A DNA stretch of 64,000 nucleotides. Source: Eubacteriales bacterium (GTDB lineage: Bacteria; Bacillota; Clostridia; Oscillospirales; CAG-272). Below are positions 48,206 to 55,900 of this stretch, in pieces. The notes beneath the pieces are model-generated. The model was not told the origin of the DNA. It did no database searches and was given only the letters and a program-made list of their open reading frames with translations. The first letter of the stretch is position 1, and each line of letters starts with the position of its first letter. Where the stretch lies: positions 1,783 through 65,782 of the forward strand of contig JAZNND010000018.1 of the NCBI GenBank assembly GCA_045580085.1, read 5' to 3'. The position numbers were made by a program, and so were the translations under genes.

Positions 48206-48234
48206 ATTATAACAGTCAATCGGATGTTTGTCAA
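48206..48234 (-). promoter_or_regulatory. Perfect consensus promoter for the minus operon (TTGACA-17-TATAAT)
   Basis: Minus-strand TTGACA = 48229-48234, 17-nt spacer, TATAAT = 48206-48211. About 50 nt upstream of the ATG at 48154. Confidence 0.7.
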
Positions 48235-48347
48235 GGCGTTTTTTCAAGAAAATTATAAAAATCAAGCTTTTTTAAACATTAAGAGATCTAAAGCTCGTCT
48301 CTGAAAAGAAAAACAAAAGGAAAAATCGTCTTTTTCTCCCAAGTCTC

Positions 48348-48376
48348 TTGACAAGTAAGGAATGCGGTGATATAAT
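48348..48376 (+). promoter_or_regulatory. Perfect consensus promoter, plus strand (TTGACA-17-TATAAT), distal P1
   Basis: TTGACA 48348-48353. TATAAT 48371-48376. The CTTGAAAA half-site at 48380-48387 overlaps the expected transcription start. Confidence 0.65.
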
Positions 48377-48572
48377 TTTCTTGAAAAACGATAATTTTTA
48401 TTTACCTAATCAATTTTTGCTGTTGGAAAAAGAAGGTGAAAAAGGCAAAAAAACCGCCGCTTTTCCCTTATATAATAAAAAGGAAGAAAATTGATTTCAA
48501 AAAAATTTGATAACAGTAAAGAAAAATTACCTTCTTTTCAAGTCTTTTTACTTAAATTAAAGCAAACGGTGA

Positions 48573-48601
48573 TTGCACTCGGTGCATAAGCGGAGTACAA
48601 T
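48573..48601 (+). promoter_or_regulatory. Candidate proximal promoter P2 for the Ubl operon (TTGCAC-17-TACAAT)
   Basis: TTGCAC 48573-48578. TACAAT 48596-48601. About 30 nt upstream of the JAB ATG. Confidence 0.5.
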
Positions 48602-48630
48602 AAGTACAGTAAAAGGAAAGGAGCTATGCG

Positions 48631-49245
48631 ATGGAAGAGATCAAGGAAACCGCAGAGCCGCAAGAACAAGAGCTTTTGGTGCCTTCCGCGGGGATCCGTG
48701 TCACACGCATACGGCGGTATGAGCCGACCTACACCGAGGACGAAACCCTCTTGCCCGAAGGGGACGGCGATCACCAACTGCTGTTTACGCCGCATGCGGC
48801 GGAGCTTTTACGGGGCTTAACCGATTGGGGAACCGAAAGCGAGCGTAATGTGATCGAACAGCAAGGCATCATGCTCGGAAAAGTATACCGCACGCCGCGC
48901 GGCTTTACAGGTGTGGTGGAAGAGCTTGTGCTTTCTTCCGCTGTCGGAAACGCGGTTTACGTCGAGTCCTCTCACAGCGAGTGGAGCGAGATGGATCGCC
49001 GCATGGACGAGTTGAACGAACAAAGAGAAGAAAAACTCGTCAAGGTTGGTTGGTGGCACACCCATCCCAATATGTCGATCTTCATGTCGGGCACCGATCG
49101 CCGCACGCAAGCCGATTATTTTTATCAGCCTTGGCAGTTTGCCGCCGTTTTTAATCCCCAGGCCGAGCTTTGGGGAGCCTACATCGGAGAATGCGCCCAA
49201 GCCTGCACGGGCAAATGGATCACGGAAGGAACCGAAACAGAATGA
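48631..49245 (+). CDS. JAB/MPN (JAMM) metallopeptidase, deubiquitinase-like
   Basis: ATG 48631 lies 8-9 nt after AAAGGAG. JAMM motif GWWHTHPNMSIFMSGTD with an upstream Glu (VIEQQG). Confidence 0.85.
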   Translation: MEEIKETAEPQEQELLVPSAGIRVTRIRRYEPTYTEDETLLPEGDGDHQLLFTPHAAELLRGLTDWGTESERNVIEQQGIMLGKVYRTPRGFTGVVEELVLSSAVGNAVYVESSHSEWSEMDRRMDELNEQREEKLVKVGWWHTHPNMSIFMSGTDRRTQADYFYQPWQFAAVFNPQAELWGAYIGECAQACTGKWITEGTETE

Positions 49246-49760
49246 CAGAAACAAGAAAAAGACGTCTCGCGAACGACTACCGCGAGCTTTGCAGTATGAA
49301 AGGGCCGATCATGGATTTTCGCCCTCTGGTGGGTACACCGCCCTATGTCGAGCAGTATGAGCTGACCTTTCATATCCGCAGTATCATCGGTCCCGAACCC
49401 TCCTACCGCAGTGTGCATGTGGTGCGTTTGGCACTGCCTGCCGGCTATCCTCTGGACGGTTTTCCGCAGGTGACCATGGTCACGCGCCCCTTTGTGTACC
49501 ACCCCAACTGGTTCCGCAACGGCAACTGGTGCTTCGGCGGTGCTTCCAAGCACACCGAGGGCTTAGGCAATTTTGTGGTGCGTCTGATGCAGACTTTGCA
49601 ATACTGCGAGAGCATCATCAACGTCGGCAGTCCCGCCAACGGAGACGCCACCAGCTGGTATTTGCGCTATAAGCGCAGCGGCATTTTCCCTACCGACACC
49701 CAAAAGCTGCCCCAACCCAACATCGGCGGCATCATCATCAACAAAAGAAACGATCAATAA
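49242..49760 (+). CDS. E2 ubiquitin-conjugating-enzyme-like protein
   Basis: ATGA overlap with the JAB gene. N-terminal RLANDYRELCS. HPN motif followed by a Cys (FVYHPNWFRNGNWCFGG). Confidence 0.75.
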   Translation: MTETRKRRLANDYRELCSMKGPIMDFRPLVGTPPYVEQYELTFHIRSIIGPEPSYRSVHVVRLALPAGYPLDGFPQVTMVTRPFVYHPNWFRNGNWCFGGASKHTEGLGNFVVRLMQTLQYCESIINVGSPANGDATSWYLRYKRSGIFPTDTQKLPQPNIGGIIINKRNDQ

Positions 49761-49781
49761 TTTATTTTAAGGAGAACGATT

Positions 49782-50060
49782 ATGAACCTTCATCTTACTT
49801 TTATGCATCATTCCGACAACAGCTCCATCGACGTTACCATTGAGGACAACTGGAGTGCCAACTACGCCATCGAAGAACTCATCCGCGAAAACTTCCTCAA
49901 GCCCCTCGGCGATGCCGAAGAATACCGTCTCGTCTACAAAGAAGACCAAACCGAGTTTGGCGGCTCTACCACCTTTGCGCAAGCAGGTGTGCAAGACGGA
50001 AAGGTAATATCCGTCGTCGTCCGTCCTAAAGCGGGCTTCGGTGGGGCTATTTTGGCGTAA
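49782..50060 (+). CDS. Ubiquitin-like (beta-grasp) protein with internal di-Gly and 4-residue C-terminal tail (…GFGG-AILA)
   Basis: 92 aa. Position between E2 and E1. Ends ...VISVVVRPKAGFGGAILA. RBS AAGGAG 7 nt upstream. Confidence 0.65.
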   Translation: MNLHLTFMHHSDNSSIDVTIEDNWSANYAIEELIRENFLKPLGDAEEYRLVYKEDQTEFGGSTTFAQAGVQDGKVISVVVRPKAGFGGAILA

Positions 50061-50107
50061 AGAGCCGTTCGCTCCCCTCGCAGTAGATATCTACAGCTTC
50101 AGGTCGC

Positions 50108-50164
50108 GAACGACACTTTCCATCCAAAATCCCCCACACCGAAGGAACTTTTAAAAGAAACTTT
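50108..50164. repeat. 57-bp direct repeat, copy 1 (inverted partial copy of the Ubl gene 3' end)
   Basis: 56/57 identical to 50179-50235. Its 5' part (50106-50143) is about 77% complementary to 50037-50072. Confidence 0.9.
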
Positions 50165-50178
50165 GCCGAAGGGAAAAA

Positions 50179-50235
50179 GAACGACGCTTTCCATCCAAAA
50201 TCCCCCACACCGAAGGAACTTTTAAAAGAAACTTT
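50179..50235. repeat. 57-bp direct repeat, copy 2
   Basis: 56/57 identical to copy 1. Period 71 bp. Confidence 0.9.
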
Positions 50236-50277
50236 TAAAATGCAAAGTTAAAAACCGAGCAAAACAAAGGAGGCACT

Positions 50278-51579
50278 ATGCCTATCATCATTCATAAACG
50301 GACAGATGCGGACGGCAAGACCGTGGAGGCATCGGAAATCAAAGCACCCATAGACGAAAAGAACGATCCTTTTGCCAGACAAAAGCTGGTTTCTTGGTGG
50401 GATCAGGATAAGATCTCCAAGGCGCGCGTGCTGGTGATGGGGGCGGGTGCCATCGGCAACGAGACCTTAAAAAATTTGGCGTTGCTCGGCTTCAAGCATC
50501 TTTTTATCTGCGATATGGATACCATAGAGCTCTCCAATCTCAGCCGCACGCTCCTTTTTCGCCCGTCGGATGAGGGCAAGGAAAAAGCCGCGGTAGCGGC
50601 GGAGCGTGTGCGTGAGATGTGCCTTGCACCCGACGCGCGCGTGGATTATTTTACGGCGGACGTGATGTTCGGGCTCGGCATCGGCATTTTCCGTTATTTT
50701 GATCTGATTCTCGGTTGCCTTGACAACGATGCCACGCGTTTTTACATCGACCGTTGCGCTACGGTGTTCGGCAAACCTTGGATCAATGCGGGTATATCCA
50801 ATCTGCAAGTGGGATTGCAAGCCTTTTTTTGCGATCAAAACGACGTTTGCTTTCATTGCGGTATGGATGAAGATGTCATCACGCGCGTGATGAGCCGCAA
50901 GGCGTCTTGCGGTAAGACCGTGATCAGCGATCTTTCCGGCGGCAAGGTGCCGACGGTGCAGGTGGCAAGTGCCATCGTTTCGGGCATGCAGACGCAAGAA
51001 GCGGTCAAGTATCTTTCGGGCAAGCAGGTCGCCTTCGGTCAGAATTATTATTTTGAGGGCGTGGGCAATTCCTTCACTGTCTCACGCAACCGCCCCGACA
51101 GCAACTGCCGCCACCATTTGTTCCCGCGCATTCGCGAGGTGAAGGAGCTATATGATATCACAAACGCTTCCACTCTGCGTGAGCTTTTGGAAGCGGCATC
51201 CAAGGCAATCGGGCGCGAGGTAACACTCGATCTTTCGGAAGAATCGGGGCGCGATTTTATCACCCACGCCGATTGCATTTACTGCGGCGCGTCGGTTCCC
51301 ATCGGTTTGCCCCGTTTCCGCTTCCGCGAGGAAATGGCGGTATGCCAAGCATGCCGCACGTCTGCCCCCGATGTTTTCCCGAGCGAGCCTTGGGTTTATC
51401 CCGTATCGGAATACAGTCTTCAAAGCGACGAGTCGCTTTTATCCATGCCCTTATCCTCTCTCGGTATTCCGCCGCTGCATGTGATGCGTGTTTTTGACAG
51501 TGAAGAGAATGTTTATTATATCGAGACTTCGGGTGATTTACCCCTCATTTGCCCCGAAAATTACGGAAAATGCAAATAA
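50278..51579 (+). CDS. E1-like ThiF/MoeB-family activating enzyme
   Basis: VLVMGAGAIGNETLKNLALLG, ICDMDTIELSNLSRT, and CxxC pairs (CFHC, CIYC...CQAC). RBS AAGGAGG. Confidence 0.85.
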   Translation: MPIIIHKRTDADGKTVEASEIKAPIDEKNDPFARQKLVSWWDQDKISKARVLVMGAGAIGNETLKNLALLGFKHLFICDMDTIELSNLSRTLLFRPSDEGKEKAAVAAERVREMCLAPDARVDYFTADVMFGLGIGIFRYFDLILGCLDNDATRFYIDRCATVFGKPWINAGISNLQVGLQAFFCDQNDVCFHCGMDEDVITRVMSRKASCGKTVISDLSGGKVPTVQVASAIVSGMQTQEAVKYLSGKQVAFGQNYYFEGVGNSFTVSRNRPDSNCRHHLFPRIREVKELYDITNASTLRELLEAASKAIGREVTLDLSEESGRDFITHADCIYCGASVPIGLPRFRFREEMAVCQACRTSAPDVFPSEPWVYPVSEYSLQSDESLLSMPLSSLGIPPLHVMRVFDSEENVYYIETSGDLPLICPENYGKCK

Positions 51580-51624
51580 TACTTTGCATTATTCCTGCTT
51601 TTATAGAAAGGAAAAGTCATAAAC

Positions 51625-52143
51625 ATGGCTGATACCGAATTTGAACTTGACGAATCCAAGCGATGGTTTGTGGAGCTTGGTCGCATCGATCCCATGACGC
51701 GTGAGGCGTTTGCGATGGGAGACCGTGTGATTATATGCCGTTCTTGCAAGATTGTTCACAAGGACTATACCTGGAAGGACAACGGCGGCTGTTGCTCGCC
51801 CGGATGCAACTGCAAGACGAGCGCCAAGCGATTTTTGGCACCGCCCTCTTCCGCCACGCCTGCCTCGCCGACACCTGCGCCGCGCATGGTGGTGCGCGGC
51901 AACCGAACGCCGCCCGAGAATCACGGCCGCATTCAGATTCGTGCGCGGACGGGTGCGGACGGCATTCGCATTGAATCGGCACCGCCTCCCGTGCCGTCGC
52001 CCATTGCGCCGCGCCGTTCGCGCAGCCGAACAGTGACACCGCCTGCGGATGCGGGGCAAAACCGCCGTATCGTGCTCGGCAACGCCGCGCCGCCCGAGCA
52101 TCGCACACCCATCATCATTCGTTCGAGGCATGACGATGACTGA
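51625..52143 (+). CDS. Hypothetical protein: N-terminal Cys-rich Zn-ribbon-like module plus Pro/Arg-rich tail with an internal repeat
   Basis: CRSC-x14-CCSPGCNC. Repeats RMVVRGNRTPPENHGRIQIR and RRIVLGNAAPPEHRTPIIIR. This frame links the flanking genes; other ORFs here are by-products of high GC. Confidence 0.5.
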   Translation: MADTEFELDESKRWFVELGRIDPMTREAFAMGDRVIICRSCKIVHKDYTWKDNGGCCSPGCNCKTSAKRFLAPPSSATPASPTPAPRMVVRGNRTPPENHGRIQIRARTGADGIRIESAPPPVPSPIAPRRSRSRTVTPPADAGQNRRIVLGNAAPPEHRTPIIIRSRHDDD

Positions 52144-52825
52144 CCTTTCGGTGTATTATAAAAACGCGCTGGCACCCTCCGAGCGTCGGACCTACGATGC
52201 TCTTAAGGAGGGGCTTTTGGCGCATAAAAAGGAGATCGTTTGCCCTTTTTCTCCGCAATTCACCCGTGCCGTGCGCGCCATCAACTACGACTGCCCCGAG
52301 CTCTTTTATATCAACTGGGTGGAATCCTACCGCTGTGCGAGTGAAGGGGATCGCTTGATTTTTTCCTTTCCCTATCTTTATGAAAAAGAGCAAACCGCCG
52401 CTTTGCGGGCGGAGCTTTGCGCTTACGCGCGCGAGGTAGCGGGCATCAGCGTATACGGTAAGGTGCGCACCTTGCATGACAAACTGACTTCAAGCCTTTT
52501 ATATGACAGCGAAGGGCTTGCCGCCGCGATCCGTTCGCCCGCGATGTTCAGTGCCTTGGGGCCTTTGCGCCACCGCCGCGCGGTGTGCGAGGGAATCAGC
52601 AAATTTGCTTGCTTTGTGCTCAGGCGCATGGGGGTTTCTGCCGCCGTAGCCGTAGGTTCGCACGAGGGCGTAGGGCATGCATGGAATTTTTATCGCCATG
52701 AAAACGGCAGAGTAGCGTATACCGACATCACCTTTGACATTGCCTTCAAAAATACGCCTGCCGCCTATCGCTATTTTGATCTTGACCGAGCGCAAATGGC
52801 GTACGATCATCGGTTTGATTGTTAG
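52130..52825 (+). CDS. Transglutaminase-like (papain-fold) cysteine peptidase/transamidase
   Basis: Putative Cys-His-Asp triad in CEGISKFACFVLRRMGVSAAVAVG...GHAWNFY...YTDITFD. The ATG (52130 or 52136) overlaps the upstream ORF. Confidence 0.65.
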   Translation: MTMTDLSVYYKNALAPSERRTYDALKEGLLAHKKEIVCPFSPQFTRAVRAINYDCPELFYINWVESYRCASEGDRLIFSFPYLYEKEQTAALRAELCAYAREVAGISVYGKVRTLHDKLTSSLLYDSEGLAAAIRSPAMFSALGPLRHRRAVCEGISKFACFVLRRMGVSAAVAVGSHEGVGHAWNFYRHENGRVAYTDITFDIAFKNTPAAYRYFDLDRAQMAYDHRFDC

Positions 52826-52834
52826 CGAATTCAC

Positions 52835-52856
52835 ATTTTTCAAGTTTTCTTGAAAA
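52835..52856. promoter_or_regulatory. 22-nt element ATTTTTCAAGTTTTCTTGAAAA, copy 2
   Basis: Identical to 44517-44538. It lies 12 nt after the transglutaminase-like stop, about 76 nt upstream of a TACAAT (52920-52925) and about 100 nt upstream of the helicase ATG. Confidence 0.8.
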
Positions 52857-52953
52857 AATAATTTTGTAAATTTCGGAAAGTTTACCGTTTCCCCTCTTAA
52901 AAAAACGAGGAGAATGCGATACAATAGAGACAGAAAAGGAAAGGGGTGCCAAG

Positions 52954-55900
52954 ATGACCGTTCGAGATTATATTCTTTCACAAGTGAAGAAAACCAGAGA
53001 CACCATGCGAAGCGACAGCTTCAGCGATCTTTGCGGCTTGACGGTCGCTTTGCGCGGCAAGACGGTTTCTTCGGTTCTTTCCATCCTCTCCTCCTCTCTC
53101 AAAGCGGCGGTGGAGCTGGTGGATCCCGCACTGGTGACCTCGGGTGCCGCCGATTATGGGGCGGGAGAGATCGTCAGTGCCGCACACGCTTTCTGTGCGG
53201 ACGATCCCGTGGTATGGGTGGACGGCAAGATCTTTTTTGCCACGGAGGACGGCAGCTATTGCACCCCCGATGAATATCATTATCTGAAGGAAAACACCTT
53301 GGTGGAGCGCGCCGTGTTCGGCGCGTCGCGCCATCCGATCTACGGTCTTGCCGCCACCTTCAAACGTTTGATCCGCGCGGCTTCCGAAGCGCAGGCGGAT
53401 AAAGCCAAGGAGATTTTATACCTGACCGTCGGCTCGGCGCAGTGGACGGACAAGAAGAAAAGCACCAAGACGCGTATCCACAAGAGCCTCGCGCCGCTGT
53501 TTACCATGCATATCGAGCCTGCCGGAAAAGGCACGCTTGCCTTCCGCGCGACCGCGGCGGGGGTGTTTTTCCGCATCAATACCGTTTTTCGCCGCGATCT
53601 TATTGGGCAATACGAGGCGGATATTTACGAAGGGATTCCCGATGAACCCCTTTCTCCCGAGGCACTTCTCTCGGCATTGGAGCAGGTTTGCCGCCGCGCC
53701 GAGGAACTGCTCGGCGACCGTATACGCATGGATAAGGACGCGCTTTTCTTGACCTTGCTCGATTCTCAATACGAGGCGATCTGTCAAAAGATCGAGGCGA
53801 ATATCGACGCGCTCGCCGCCTCTCCCTTGGCTTGCCTTTTAGCGGGAGAAAAAAGCGGATTTCGGGCGCAAGAGCCGCAGGACGGGCTTAGTGTGATCTA
53901 CCCCTTGACGGCGGATGAAAGCCAAAGAGCCGTAATCGGTGCCTCCCTTTCGGGCAAAAGCGTGTTTGCCTCGGCTCCTGCCGGTACGGGTAAATCCCAA
54001 ACTGCTGTCAACATTGCCGCCAACACCGTTTTGCGCGGCGGAAATGTTTTCGTGCTCAGCGAAAAGCTTGCCGCGAACGATGTCTTTTTGCATTACAGCG
54101 AACGCATCGGGCTCTCGCCTTTTTGCCTGAGTGTTGACAATAAAATGAGCATCGACAGCCTCATCCGCGCCGTAGAGCGCGTGGCGGCACTTCCGTCCCG
54201 CTATGTCAAGAGCGATACGGCAAAGCTTGCCGTGGATGCCTATCACCGTTCTTGCGCCGCGTATGAACGCTTGAATGCCAAACTCTACTTTCCCATAGAA
54301 GAGCTCGGCGGCGTTTCTCTTTACGACTTGATCGCGCTCTCCTCCTCTTCGCCCGCGCTCTCCCACACCGAAGGGCTTTTCGCCGGCAAAGAGCAATACG
54401 AAAGCGCGCTTTCTCTCCTTTCGGAGCTTGAAGAGGGGCTTCTCTCCCAAATGACCGACGCGGAATTTGATGCCTACTTCTCTACGGGCGAAAGCGGCGA
54501 CGGCGAGCTGGATATGCTTTTAGGGCATTTATGCCAAAGAATGCTTGAAAAAGGGATAAATTGCAAAGAACTTTTTGCAAATAATCGACTTTCCCGTCAG
54601 AATGCCGTGCCCTCCGTTCGCGCGGAAATGGCAAGGGCGCAGGCTCTTTCCTACACCGAGATGTGGGGGCTTTCGGACACGGGCGAGAGATGTGTGCGCA
54701 AGATCTTCCGCGAGCTTTTGGAAAACGCCCTCAAAATGGAACAGCTGTATGCCGATCTTTTGACGCAAACGCTTTCTTTGCGTGCAAAACAGGCACCGAC
54801 GGCGAAACTGCTTTCTTTGCTCTCGGATGCCAAGAAAGCCAAAATTCCCGTGGGTGAATTTTTCAAACAAAACGCCGAAGCATTACGAGAGGTCTTTCCC
54901 GTGATCGTTTCCACCCCCATGCCCGCCGTCAACTATTTACACGGTACGGGGCTTGACCGCTTTACGGTCATGACGGTGGACGAGGCATCCCAAATGCCCA
55001 TCGTTGCCGTTTTGCCCTTCCTTGACCGTGTGGAGCGTTTGGTGGTGTTCGGCGACGAAAAACAGCTTGCCATCATCAACACCTTTGCCAAGGCGGAGAA
55101 AACCGTCTCCACCGATTACGACGAACGCGTTGCTGCCGCCAAAAACTCGGTGCTTGACGCGGTGCGCGGCAAGGAGAGCGAAGAGGGCTTCTTTGCGGGG
55201 GCACTTCGCTACCACTACCGTTCCAAAACCGAAATGCTGGTGCATGTTTCGAATGAAAGATGCTATAACGGCTCTTTGCAAGTCGTTCCCGACGTGGCGA
55301 CCTCAAGGCGTTATCTTGCGCCTTACATGGGGCTTTCTCTCATCGAGGTTGCCGACCGCGCCCATCCGCCCGTTTTGCTCCGCGACGGAGAGAACGTGAC
55401 CGAGGCGCAAGCCATCGTGCGCGACGTCGGAGAGATGAAACGGCAATATCCCGAACGCTCCGTGGGTATTATCACCCTCAATGAAAAACAGCAAAACCTG
55501 ATTTTGGACCGATTGGAGGAGGCGCATCTTGAGCCTTCCGCGGATCTTTGGGTGCGCTCGCTCGACAACGCGCAAGGAAAGGAAGCGGATTTCGTTTTTA
55601 TCAGCATCGCTCATGCCGAGCGCAAGGATAACGGGGAGCTTCGCCTTGCCGTTTCGACCTTCAACCGTGAGGGCGGAGAGAACCGACTCAACGTGCTTTT
55701 CACCCGTGCCGCTTACCGCGCCGCGGTTTACATTTCTTTTGATCACAAGGAGCTTTTGAAGAGCGACAACCCGCGCATCCGTCTGCTTTACGAGTATTTG
55801 CACTATGCGAAAGAAGGGGAACTCAACGAGCGTCCTTCTTTAAGCCTGCCGTCGGCGGACGAGGCGTTGGTTTCGGCGGTTTCGGGCATGGTTTCTTCGC

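Noticed and set aside
48491-48589. Possible 32-codon TTG-initiated ORF (MISKKFDNSKEKLPSFQVFLLKLKQTVIALGA) in the long leader between the distal promoter and the JAB gene.
   Set aside because: It has a non-ATG start only 4 nt after a weak RBS. It overlaps the candidate proximal promoter and there is nothing to compare it with. It is kept only as a note.
48626-48820. Alternative ATG at 48626 giving a 64-aa basic ORF overlapping the JAB start.
   Set aside because: That ATG is only about 3 nt from the GGAG, whereas the 48631 ATG has ideal spacing and opens the JAMM-motif frame.
50108-50235. The two 57-bp direct repeats could be a minimal CRISPR array.
   Set aside because: There are only two copies, separated by a 14-bp 'spacer'. 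No cas genes or leader are present. The repeats are instead inverted copies of the adjacent Ubl 3' end.
48631-51579. The E1/E2/JAB genes could be the Cap2/Cap3 module of a type II CBASS system.
   Set aside because: No CD-NTase or CBASS effector is present. E1 and E2 are separate proteins rather than a Cap2 fusion. A stand-alone Ubl gene is present.
51601-52175. Pile-up of six overlapping ORFs on both strands (51601-52131 -, 51731-52108 -, 51735-51974 +, 51752-52036 +, 51933-52175 -).
   Set aside because: They are by-products of a GC-rich Pro/Arg-coding stretch with few stop codons in any frame. Only the 51625-52143 frame has an RBS-spaced start after the E1 gene and couples to the next gene.
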